From: Escherichia coli
GTDB taxonomy: Bacteria; Pseudomonadota; Gammaproteobacteria; Enterobacterales; Enterobacteriaceae
Assembly (NCBI RefSeq): GCF_051903065.1
Contig: NZ_CP178438.1
Length of the DNA: 64,000 bases
Reading direction: 5' to 3' (one strand)
The notes under the pieces were generated by a model. It saw nothing but the letters and a program-made list of their open reading frames with translations. It did not search any database and was not told the DNA's origin. A program made the position numbers and the translations under genes. Of the stretch, positions 54,529 through 64,000 are shown in pieces (positions within the stretch are counted from its first letter, which is position 1; each line of letters starts with the position of its first letter).

Positions 54529-55527
54529 TTATTTCTTGCTGAATTCAGCCAGGTTGTCTTTATCTACGCCAACATAAGGTACGCGGACCACTTTGTTGTC
54601 GATTTTCCAGTTGGTGCCATCAGCCGCACCTTTGCCATCGGCCAGGTTTTTCGCCAGATCAAAGGTCGCTTTCGCCTGGTTGTTAGCATCGTTCAGTACG
54701 GTGCCCGCCAGTGCACCGGATTTCACCAGCGCCAGCGCTTCTGGCAGCGCATCAACGCCAAACACCGGAATGCTGGACTTGTTGTGTGCTTTCAGCGCTT
54801 CAACCGCGCCCATTGCCATCGCATCGTTGTTGGCGATAACCACTTCGATTTTGTTGGCGTTCGGGCCAGACAGCCAGGCGTCCATCTTATCTTTCGCCTG
54901 AGCGGTATCCCACATAGCGGTATCTAACTGTAACTGTTCAGTTTTAATGCCTTTGTCGTTCAGCTCTTTAATCACGTAAGTGGTACGTGCTTCTGCATCC
55001 GGATGGCCCGGTTCACCTTTCAGCAGTACGAATTGAATCTGACCGTCTTTATTCAGATCCCAACCCTGATTCGCCGCCCAGTGTTTAGCAATCAAATCGC
55101 CCTGAATAATGCCGGACTCTTTGGAGTCAGTGCCAACGTAGTAGGCTTTGTCGTAGCTATCCAGCGCCTTACGAGACGGTTCTTTGTTGAAGAAAACCAC
55201 CGGCACGTTTTGCCCACGCGCTTTCTCAATCACCGTACCCGCAGCTGCCGGGTCAACCAGGTTGATTGCCAGTGCCTTCACCCCTTTCGCCAGCAATACG
55301 TCAATCTGATCGTTCTGCTTGGACTGGTCATTCTGAGAATCATTCATCAGCAGCTGAACATCTGGCGCGGCTTTCGCATCTTGCTCAATAGCCTTGCGCA
55401 CTACAGACATAAAGTTATCGTCGTACTTATAGATTGTTACACCAATGCGAGTATCAGCAGCGTGTGCAGCGGCACCGAATAACATGCTGGCCATCACAGC
55501 AGACAGGGTTAACACCTTCTTATTCAT
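54529..55527 (-). CDS. mglB: Periplasmic D-galactose/D-glucose-binding protein
   Basis: Signal peptide [23 protein letters not shown]; 332 aa. Confidence 0.9.
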   Translation of the reverse strand: MNKKVLTLSAVMASMLFGAAAHAADTRIGVTIYKYDDNFMSVVRKAIEQDAKAAPDVQLLMNDSQNDQSKQNDQIDVLLAKGVKALAINLVDPAAAGTVIEKARGQNVPVVFFNKEPSRKALDSYDKAYYVGTDSKESGIIQGDLIAKHWAANQGWDLNKDGQIQFVLLKGEPGHPDAEARTTYVIKELNDKGIKTEQLQLDTAMWDTAQAKDKMDAWLSGPNANKIEVVIANNDAMAMGAVEALKAHNKSSIPVFGVDALPEALALVKSGALAGTVLNDANNQAKATFDLAKNLADGKGAADGTNWKIDNKVVRVPYVGVDKDNLAEFSKK

Positions 55528-55778
55528 GGTATCTCCGGTTTTTCTTATGCAGGGTAGTGCTTGAGATAAATGCTCGGCGGGGCAGTAAAGTTAATGAAGT
55601 GTTACTGAACGCCGAAGCTCACTTTTTAAAATTCGTTCTTCCATGCCCGGTAACGCTCCAGAAAACGGCTTTAATTGTTGTTATGACGCTATTACCTCGG
55701 TGAAAGTGATTATTCACTGTTACATACGGGTTACAACGTTAAAACGGTGCAATCATAGCTATCACATTGTTAAGATAC

Positions 55779-55794
55779 TGTGAAATCACTCACA
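55779..55794 (-). promoter_or_regulatory. CRP binding site upstream of mglB
   Basis: TGTGAAATCACTCACA matches TGTGA-N6-TCACA exactly; minus-strand -10-like TATGAT at plus 55753-55758 fits a class II arrangement. Confidence 0.6.
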
Positions 55795-55806
55795 GATTGA
55801 AAGCGG

Positions 55807-56847
55807 TTACATCGCCTGATTTGTTGAGTTAGTGATCGCCGCCGCATTCTGGCGCGTTGCGACAGAATGGCGACGCACTAACGTCGGCATAAAACAGTGG
55901 CTGGCACGAGGATCAATATTGCCTGCTGCACCCTGCAAGGCCAGTTCGGTGGCTAATTTAGCCATTGAAGCAATGGGATAACGCACGGTCGTTAATTGCG
56001 GGTCGGTGTAACGGGCGATGGGAATATCATCGAAACCGATGATTGAGAGATGTAACGGAATCGCAATGCCATTATCTTTTAATGCTGTCAGTGCGCCAGC
56101 GGCCATATTGTCGTTATAAGCAAATACAGCGGTAAGTTGTAGATTGCGCCCCAGCAGTTCAACCATCGCCGCCTCACCGCCCGGCATGTCCGGCGTGCCA
56201 GTGCCAATCCAGCTTTCCGGCGGAATAATATCCTGCTCTTTCAACGCACTCATCCAGCCTGCTTTACGCATGGCGTCATCTTCAATGCCGTGACTGGAAG
56301 AAAGATAACCAATACGTTGATGACCGTTATTCAGCAACATGCGCGTTGCCATTCGGGCACCGCTGAGATTATCCAGGCAAACGCAACGATGGGCGTACCC
56401 CGGTACAACGCGGTTGATTAACACCATACCGGGAATGTTATCCATAAATTGTGCCAGTTCATCGTCACTCAATGCTTTTGAGTGAACAATCAACGCATTA
56501 CAACGCTGGTGAATTAACACCTCAATGGCGTGACGCTCTTTTTCCGCTTCATGATAGCTATTGCCGATTAGCACGTATTTCTGATGCTGCTGAGCGACCA
56601 GATCCACCGCTTTTACCAGCGCGCCGAAAAACGCATCAGAAACGTCCATCACCACCACGCCAATGGTGTCGCTAACCTGAGTTGCCAGCGCCTGGGCATT
56701 GGCGTTTGGCCGATAATCCAGCTCACTCACGGCTTTCATTACTGCTTCACGCGTGTCGGCACTGACCAGCGTGCTGTTATTGAGCACCCGGGAAACCGTT
56801 GCCACAGAGACGCCAGCCTGACGCGCTACATCACGAATGGTGATCAT
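55807..56847 (-). CDS. galS: LacI-family repressor GalS (346 aa)
   Basis: N-terminal [27 protein letters not shown]. Confidence 0.85.
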   Translation of the reverse strand: MITIRDVARQAGVSVATVSRVLNNSTLVSADTREAVMKAVSELDYRPNANAQALATQVSDTIGVVVMDVSDAFFGALVKAVDLVAQQHQKYVLIGNSYHEAEKERHAIEVLIHQRCNALIVHSKALSDDELAQFMDNIPGMVLINRVVPGYAHRCVCLDNLSGARMATRMLLNNGHQRIGYLSSSHGIEDDAMRKAGWMSALKEQDIIPPESWIGTGTPDMPGGEAAMVELLGRNLQLTAVFAYNDNMAAGALTALKDNGIAIPLHLSIIGFDDIPIARYTDPQLTTVRYPIASMAKLATELALQGAAGNIDPRASHCFMPTLVRRHSVATRQNAAAITNSTNQAM

Positions 56848-56923
56848 ATTCACTACCTGTTATGAGATTGCAGTAAATGACTGCTTGCTGCCGGCTATTT
56901 TGTCAGCACTGAATACAGGACTT

Positions 56924-56939
56924 CGTGAATCGAGTCACA
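56924..56939 (-). promoter_or_regulatory. CRP binding site in the galS promoter
   Basis: CGTGAATCGAGTCACA, one mismatch to TGTGA-N6-TCACA. Confidence 0.5.
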
Positions 56940-56942
56940 GCA

Positions 56943-56958
56943 ATGGAAACGGTTACAG
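56943..56958 (-). promoter_or_regulatory. GalR/GalS operator-like site
   Basis: ATGGAAACGGTTACAG resembles the gal operator pattern (GTGNAANCGNTTNCAC); centred about 60 bp upstream of the TSS inferred from the CRP site. Confidence 0.45.
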
Positions 56959-56988
56959 CCGTTTTGTTAACGAATGTGATCCAGATCG

Positions 56989-58146
56989 TTATCTTGATGT
57001 TTTAGATATTGCCGGTCCGGCAGCACGCAAAGTTAACTGACGCCAGAGCCATTCCACCGGCCCCTGGCGGAAGTAACGCAGCCAGATAACAGAGAAGAGG
57101 ATATTCGCCAGCCATACCGGAATAACAAACGCCAGCAATTCCAGACGGTCAAACTGCATAAACAAACCGAGGTGATAAAAAAGCGTGGTACAAATCAGCG
57201 TTTGCAATAGATAGTTGGTCAGCGCCATCCGTCCGACGCAGGCGATCGCAACCACCAGCTTAAAGCGGCTCAATTGCGGCCAGAAGCCATAAAACAGCGA
57301 CGCATAGCCAATCGCCTGAAACGGCGCACTCAGTTCCCGCGGTATCTGAAGTAAGAAGGCACACCAGCGATATGTCCAGTCCAGCTGCCATTGCAGGGCG
57401 ATGGCAGGAAGGTTAATGGTCACCCCAATCGCCACCAGCACAAAACCAGTACGACGATAGTGACGTAAGCTGAACTGCCCTTTCAGCCAGCCGCTGCGTA
57501 TCAGCGCCGCACCAATGAGCATCATCCCTGCCAGTTGCCAGCCATACTGTGCGCCCAGTGCCAGTAAACTGTTGCCAACACCATCGGCACGATTACTGAT
57601 CGCTTCAACGCCGCCGTGAAGCTTCCAGTATTTTTCATACAAAATAGCCGATGCATCCGGCGTCCAGGCGCGGCTGGTCTGGCTGTCGGAAATCAACCCC
57701 AATAACAGCAAAACGCCAAGCCCCACCAGATAAAGCATGACGCCGGTATTAAACAGGCTTTTTACCGATGGCGCATCGCGCACCAGCCGCCAGCAGATTA
57801 AGCCCACCAGCCCGTAAGCCAGCAGAATATCGCCGTCCCAGAACAGTAAACCGTGAATAAAGCCCAGCAAGACTAACAGCGTTAACCGCGACTGGATCCA
57901 GCGTCTGCCACGGGGCAGCAACATTTGCAGGCCAGCACCAAACAGCAGCGCAAAAAGCGTGAGGAATTTCACCTGGCCGATGAGATCGAGAAATGCCCAG
58001 GTCCATGCATCCTGCGGCGTAATAGCACCGTACCAGGCGGGATTGAGATAAGCCGCCTTTGGTAGCCCAAAGGCGCTGATGTTTAATAGCAGGATCCCCA
58101 GAATGGCGACGCCGCGAACAAAATCGAGCGTGACGTTGCGCTCCAT
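56989..58146 (-). CDS. yeiB: DUF418-family inner membrane protein
   Basis: Tracked ORF, polytopic; synteny. Confidence 0.8.
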   Translation of the reverse strand: MERNVTLDFVRGVAILGILLLNISAFGLPKAAYLNPAWYGAITPQDAWTWAFLDLIGQVKFLTLFALLFGAGLQMLLPRGRRWIQSRLTLLVLLGFIHGLLFWDGDILLAYGLVGLICWRLVRDAPSVKSLFNTGVMLYLVGLGVLLLLGLISDSQTSRAWTPDASAILYEKYWKLHGGVEAISNRADGVGNSLLALGAQYGWQLAGMMLIGAALIRSGWLKGQFSLRHYRRTGFVLVAIGVTINLPAIALQWQLDWTYRWCAFLLQIPRELSAPFQAIGYASLFYGFWPQLSRFKLVVAIACVGRMALTNYLLQTLICTTLFYHLGLFMQFDRLELLAFVIPVWLANILFSVIWLRYFRQGPVEWLWRQLTLRAAGPAISKTSR

Positions 58147-58162
58147 GGTTCCTGCCTTTTAA

Positions 58163-58831
58163 TCAGTTGTGATGACGCACAGCGCGCAGAAACTCGTGGC
58201 GCGTATTCTGACTGGATTTGAACAATCCACCAAGAGAGGTCGTTGTCGTGGCACTGGTTGCATCGCGGATGCCACGCGCCTTCACGCAGTAATGCACCGC
58301 GTCGATAGAGACAGCCACGTTATTGGTGCCCAGCAGCGTTTGTAGCGCAATGAGAATTTGCTGCGTCAGACGTTCCTGCACCTGCGGACGCTGGGCAAAG
58401 AACTGCACGATACGGTTAATTTTTGACAGACCGATCACCGAATCTTTCGGGATATAAGCCACCGTCGCTTTGCCATCGATGGTAACAAAATGGTGTTCAC
58501 AGGTACTGGTCAGAGTGATATCGCGCACGGTGACCATTTCATCGACCTTCATTTTGTTTTCAATGAGGGTGATTTTCGGGAAGTTGGCGTAATCCAGACC
58601 GGAGAAAATTTCATCGACATACATTTTAGCGATGCGATGCGGCGTTTCCATCAAACTGTCATCAGCCAGGTCGAGATTCAGCAGCTGCATAATTTCGGTC
58701 ATATGACCAGCAATAAGGCTTTTGCGCGTTTCGTTATCCATTTCATGCACGGGCGGGCGCAGCGGTGTTTCCAGTCCTCGCGCAACTAACGCTTCATGAA
58801 CCAGGGCCGCTTCTTTACTGAGTGATGGCAT
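58163..58831 (-). CDS. folE: GTP cyclohydrolase I
   Basis: Tracked ORF of 222 aa; FolE-like sequence ending RHHN; synteny. Confidence 0.9.
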
Positions 58832-59055
58832 TTATGATTTCTCCTGCAGGTGTGACGCCTCCGCCCTACGTGGGGGCAAAGTTATTAAGCTGATTTACAG
58901 CCTGATTATTGTGCGTGAGGCGGCGCACATAATCCAGTATTCACAGCGATAATTATTGTAATTGCCGCTGCCTTTCATCAGCAGATGTTAAAACATCGTT
59001 ATGCAAATACGGAAGTGAAAGTTACTCACAGCACATTGAATAAACGGTATGATGA

Positions 59056-59925
<870 letters not shown>

Positions 59926-59930
59926 AAGTC

Positions 59931-59946
59931 CGCCCGGTTCGCCGGG
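59931..59946. terminator. Hairpin between convergent yeiG and cirA
   Basis: GCCCGG-TTCG-CCGGGC perfect stem-loop. Confidence 0.5.
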
Positions 59947-59956
59947 CATCTTCTCA

Positions 59957-61936
59957 TCAGAAGCGATAATCCACTGCCATAAAGTAACGACGTCCGTCTT
60001 CGTTATAGCTGTAGTCGTCACGACTGAGATCCTTGTCGCCAAGGTTCAGCACGCCTGCGCGCAGTTTGACGTCTTTAGTCACCTGCCAGGCCGCGCCGGT
60101 ATTCCAGATGGTATAACCGCCCGGTGTTTTAGCCGTCGCGCTGTCGGCTCGTTTCTGCCCGGTATAGTGACCAGAAACATAGAATGACCAGTCTTCCAGC
60201 GCCAGCGGTTTCCAGTCCAGCGTACCGTTAGCGGTATGGAACGGCAGATCGGATAGCGGTTTGTTTTCGCCGTTGCTGACATCACGACCATCGTTGTAGG
60301 TGTAGTTGAGTGACAGTTTCCATTCATCGTTGAACGGAATTTTCAGCTCGGTTTCCACGCCCTGAATACGTGCTTTGTTAACGTTGTAGTAGCTAAATAC
60401 CGGCACACCGTTCGCTGTAAAACCAACAAAGTTTTGGTAGCCCGGTGCAGCATTGACGTCAGACGTACGGCTGATGCTGATACGATCTTTCACATCGTTA
60501 CGGAAAACGGTAACGCTGGATTCAACCCCTTCCAGCCAGCCTTCTTCACCCATGTAGTAAAGCCCCAGCTCCCAACTTTCGCTGGTTTCTGGTTTCAGAT
60601 CCGGGCTACCCACAATCTTACATGCGCCACGGCAGGAATTGCTCGTCCAGTCAGGGCTAAGTTGCAACAGAGAAGGTGCTTTAAATGCCGTCGCCCAGCC
60701 CCCTTTCACCGTTACGGTGTCGGTGGCGTTATAAACCAAGTAGGCACGCGGACTCCAGTGTTCACCGTAGGTTTCGTGATCGTCCATACGCACGCCGGTC
60801 GTCAGCGCCAGCGGCTCGAAGATCCGCCATTCATCTTCCACAAACAGCGCGTACTGGCTGGCAGACGTTTTGGAGCTGGTTCCCCCGGTCAGGTTCACCG
60901 CATCGCTAAGTTTGTCGTGACGCCATTCACCGCCAACCGTGAGAAACTGATTAATCGCCGTCAGCGGCAACGTGTATTTGCCGTCGACCGTATTGCTTTC
61001 GGAAGTTATCGGGCTGCTGTTGCCAGGGTTTTTGTTCTCGACTTTCTCACCGTAGTATTTCAGTTCGCTGGTGCCGTAATCCCAACGCCCATTATGGCTG
61101 ACGGAGTAGTTCTGGCGTTCCAGGCGGTTTTTGTCCAGCGAGTCGGAATCACGATCCTGACGGTCGAAACCGTATCCGGCAGTAAAATCGTGATTTTGAT
61201 TCGGTGTCCAGGCAAATTCGACATTGCCGTCGCGGCTGGAGAATCCTTCAATACGCGGCGTTTCTCCGGTATCGGTGGTCGTTGAGTTTTGCGGGTCATC
61301 CTTTTCACGTTTTGCCAGGCTGCCGTAAGCTTTCATTCCCAGCACACCATCAATTAATGGTCCACTGGTAAAGAACTGACCGTTATAGGTATCACCGCGA
61401 TCGCGATGTTCCTGAATGGTGGTATCGACGGTAACGGTACCCGACCATTTCTGACCGATTTTTTTGGTGATGATATTCACTACACCGCCGAGCGCATCGG
61501 AACCGTACAGCGACGACATCGGGCCACGGACCACTTCAATACGTTCGATGGAATCGACCGGGATCCAGTTCAGATCGAAATCATTGTGGCGGAAGACGGC
61601 ATTGCGGGAGTTAACGCGTTTACCGTCGACAAGAATCAGGGTGTAGCTGCTGTCCAGACCACGAATACTAACGCCCTTACGGTTATCCCCTTCGTTCGTC
61701 AGTTGTACGCCAGGCACTTCTTTGAGGACATCCTTCAGATTCTGTACCGGTTTTCGCTGCAGGTCTTCCTGGGTAATGACGCTGATACTGGCGGGTGCAT
61801 CTTTAAGGTTTTGTTCAACGGAAGATGCAGTGACAACCATCGTTTCGCCATCATCATCGACCGCTAACACAGGCCATGCACAAGAAATAGCGGACAAACA
61901 CAGCCCGACCCGTACGAAAGGGTTCAACCTAAACAT
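59957..61936 (-). CDS. cirA: TonB-dependent outer-membrane receptor for catecholate siderophores/colicin I
   Basis: Signal peptide, TonB-dependent receptor C-terminal aromatic residue (…VDYRF); synteny. Confidence 0.85.
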   Translation of the reverse strand: MFRLNPFVRVGLCLSAISCAWPVLAVDDDGETMVVTASSVEQNLKDAPASISVITQEDLQRKPVQNLKDVLKEVPGVQLTNEGDNRKGVSIRGLDSSYTLILVDGKRVNSRNAVFRHNDFDLNWIPVDSIERIEVVRGPMSSLYGSDALGGVVNIITKKIGQKWSGTVTVDTTIQEHRDRGDTYNGQFFTSGPLIDGVLGMKAYGSLAKREKDDPQNSTTTDTGETPRIEGFSSRDGNVEFAWTPNQNHDFTAGYGFDRQDRDSDSLDKNRLERQNYSVSHNGRWDYGTSELKYYGEKVENKNPGNSSPITSESNTVDGKYTLPLTAINQFLTVGGEWRHDKLSDAVNLTGGTSSKTSASQYALFVEDEWRIFEPLALTTGVRMDDHETYGEHWSPRAYLVYNATDTVTVKGGWATAFKAPSLLQLSPDWTSNSCRGACKIVGSPDLKPETSESWELGLYYMGEEGWLEGVESSVTVFRNDVKDRISISRTSDVNAAPGYQNFVGFTANGVPVFSYYNVNKARIQGVETELKIPFNDEWKLSLNYTYNDGRDVSNGENKPLSDLPFHTANGTLDWKPLALEDWSFYVSGHYTGQKRADSATAKTPGGYTIWNTGAAWQVTKDVKLRAGVLNLGDKDLSRDDYSYNEDGRRYFMAVDYRF

Positions 61937-62105
61937 TCCATATCTCCATGAGGTAACTACGAAAATAAAATGGGTTATCGCTCACATCTTCTTCACGTCC
62001 CCTTGCGTACGGCAGCATCGCGGTGGACTTATTTGTATGCAGGTGATCATCCCAGAAAGCCGGACCAGCCTCTGATTTGTCAGCCTTTTTTGATTGCGGC
62101 GCAAC

Positions 62106-62130
62106 GATAATGCAAACGATAACAATTATC
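62106..62130. promoter_or_regulatory. Fur box upstream of cirA
   Basis: GATAATGCAAACGATAACAATTATC contains the GATAAC-N-ATTATC core of the Fur consensus. Confidence 0.55.
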
Positions 62131-62180
62131 AATCCAAATGTTAAATTTTATATCCGCATGATTTGTCAGGGAAATGGAAT

Positions 62181-62209
62181 TGAAAAAGCCCTCTCGGTTG
62201 AGAGGGCTT
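62181..62209 (-). terminator. Rho-independent terminator of lysP
   Basis: On the minus strand, stem AGCCCTCTC / GAGAGGGCT with a 4-nt loop followed by a T-run. Confidence 0.65.
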
Positions 62210-62227
62210 AGCAAGGAAGGGAGAAAC

Positions 62228-63697
62228 TTATTTCTTATCGTTCTGCGGGAACTTCATTTCGCTGTAGCGTACGAAGTGGGTTCCTTTAATCAGCTTGTAG
62301 CCGAACCAAATAATCAGGAACAGCGGGATACCAATATACGTTGCCGCTACGCCGCCCCAGTCAATGGTATCTTTCAGGAATGCTTCGTAGTTCTGGCCCA
62401 AAGTGATAATCAGACACAGAATGAATGCGAAGATCGGACCCAGTGGGAAGAAACCTGAACGGTACGGCAGATCGTTAATGTCGTGTCCCTGCAATACGTA
62501 ACCGCGACGGAAGCGATAGTGGCTAATGGCAATCCCCAGCCAGGCGATAAAACCGGTCATCCCGGAGGTGTTCAGCAGCCACAGGTATACCGTCTGGTTG
62601 CCAAACATGGAGGTCAGGAAGCACAGACCGGCAATCACCGTCGTCGCATACAGCGCATTACGCGGCACGCCACCACGCGACAGTTTAGCGAAAATGCGCG
62701 GCGCTTTACCGTCACACGCCAGGGTGTACAGCATACGAGTAGACGCATACATACCGGAGTTACCCGCTGACAGCACCGCCGTCAGAATAACTGCGTTCAT
62801 CACCGCCGCCGCAGAGAGCAGACCCGCGTGCTGGAACACCAGGGTGAACGGACTAACGCTGATGTCTTTAACATCGTTACGTAGCAGGCTTGGATCGGTG
62901 TACGGAATAATCAGGCTGATAATCAGGATCGCGAACACATAGAACAACAGGATTCGCCAGAACACCTGACGTACCGCGCGTGGAATGTTTTTCCCCGGAT
63001 CTTCGGACTCGCCTGCAGCAATACCGATCAGCTCGGTTCCCTGGAAAGAGAAGCCGACAATCATAGCTACGCCGATCATCGCCGCAAAACCACCAGCAAA
63101 CGGCGCTTCGCCGATTGTCCAGTTGCTCCAGCCCGCAGGCTGCGCGCCTTTGAAGATACCGATAATCATCAGCACGCCAACGATGATAAAGACAATAACT
63201 GTCGTGACTTTGATCAGTGAGAACCAGTATTCCGCTTCACCAAAGCCGCGAACAGAGATGTAGTTCAGCAGGAAGATAACGCCGAGGAACAACGCACTCC
63301 AGATCCAGCCCGGTGTATCCGGGAACCACCAGCTCATGACCAGCTGAGCTGCAACCAGGTCAACGGCAATAGTCACCGCCCAGTTGTACCAGTAGTTCCA
63401 GCCCAGCGCGAAGCCAAAGCCTTCTTCAACATAGTTCTGACCGTAAGTGGCAAACGAACCGGAAACCGGCATATATGCAGCCAGTTCACCGAGACTGGTC
63501 ATCAGGAAGTAAACCATCAGGCCAATCAGCATATACGAGAGCAATGCCCCGCCCGGACCTGCCTGAGAAATCGTTGCGCCAGAGGCAACAAAAAGACCTG
63601 TACCGATGGAACCGCCAATGGCAATCATCGTCAGGTGACGCGCCTTTAATTCACGGCGTAAGCCCGGCGCTTCTGTGGTTTTAGTTTCGGAAACCAT
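62228..63697 (-). CDS. lysP: Lysine-specific permease (APC family)
   Basis: Tracked ORF of 489 aa with twelve hydrophobic segments; synteny. Confidence 0.9.
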   Translation of the reverse strand: MVSETKTTEAPGLRRELKARHLTMIAIGGSIGTGLFVASGATISQAGPGGALLSYMLIGLMVYFLMTSLGELAAYMPVSGSFATYGQNYVEEGFGFALGWNYWYNWAVTIAVDLVAAQLVMSWWFPDTPGWIWSALFLGVIFLLNYISVRGFGEAEYWFSLIKVTTVIVFIIVGVLMIIGIFKGAQPAGWSNWTIGEAPFAGGFAAMIGVAMIVGFSFQGTELIGIAAGESEDPGKNIPRAVRQVFWRILLFYVFAILIISLIIPYTDPSLLRNDVKDISVSPFTLVFQHAGLLSAAAVMNAVILTAVLSAGNSGMYASTRMLYTLACDGKAPRIFAKLSRGGVPRNALYATTVIAGLCFLTSMFGNQTVYLWLLNTSGMTGFIAWLGIAISHYRFRRGYVLQGHDINDLPYRSGFFPLGPIFAFILCLIITLGQNYEAFLKDTIDWGGVAATYIGIPLFLIIWFGYKLIKGTHFVRYSEMKFPQNDKK

Positions 63698-63859
63698 ACA
63701 AAAATGCTATCCATCTAAAAAATGAGGCGCGATTGTAGCAGACGATTGGCAATCCTTCCGGCAGAAATACACGGTTATAAGACACCTTCATGATCGCCCA
63801 GGGATTATAAGTAAAGCAGCCAATCTCTTTTCTGGCGAATGCATGCTGAAGGCGCTGCG

Positions 63860-64000
63860 TCACGAAATCGACACAGCACCAGCATGTTCTTGTACAGCAA
63901 CTAACGCGGCACATTTGCGGGATCGCAATAGTCCAGAAAGCGCCGTAGCGCGTTGGAAAGGTGTTTTTGCCGATGATGTATACGCCACAACGTACGCATC
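63860..64000 (-). CDS. 3' end of a gene running off the right edge, possibly the LysR-type regulator yeiE
   Basis: Minus-strand frame open from the window edge to a TGA at 63862-63860 (…[18 protein letters not shown]); identity based only on expected position. Confidence 0.35.

Noticed and set aside
55698-55736. GalR/GalS operator upstream of mglB
   Set aside because: Sequences such as GTTACAACGTTAAAAC and GTGAAAGTGATTATTCAC only loosely resemble the gal operator; not convincing enough to annotate
60434-61285. 283-aa plus-strand ORF antisense to cirA
   Set aside because: Antisense to a TonB-dependent receptor gene with clear signal peptide and C-terminal motif; no start-site support

Overview
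This window reads as an Escherichia coli chromosomal segment running from the 3' end of metG to lysP and the start of yeiE, judged by gene order and by protein motifs I can read in the ORF track. Backbone genes in order are metG', a molR/yehI paralog array, yehK, yehLMPQ, yehR, yehS, btsRS, mlrA, yohO, the yehWXY-osmF osmoprotectant ABC operon, bglX, dld, pbpG, yohCDF, mdtQ, yohP, dusC, yohJK, cdd, sanA, yeiS, preTA, mglCAB, galS, yeiB, folE, yeiG, cirA and lysP. Three parts look accessory or unusual: (i) three tandem WGR/DUF4132-type paralogs (the first frameshifted) followed by the uncharacterised MoxR-AAA+/VWA/SWIM operon yehLMPQ; (ii) a tandemly duplicated type I toxin-antitoxin module between yehK and yehL, each copy with a 29-aa hydrophobic peptide on the minus strand and a divergent small antisense RNA, matching what I recall as zorO-orzO/zorP-orzP of E. 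coli O157:H7; (iii) a six-gene 3-hydroxybenzoate/gentisate catabolic cluster (mhbRTDHIM-like) between dusC and yohJ, plus an unexplained GC-rich hairpin-rich insert downstream of yohP. No rRNA, tRNA, CRISPR array, IS element or integrase was seen. All names come from memory of synteny and motifs, not from a database search; start codons were chosen by hand and some may be off by a few codons.
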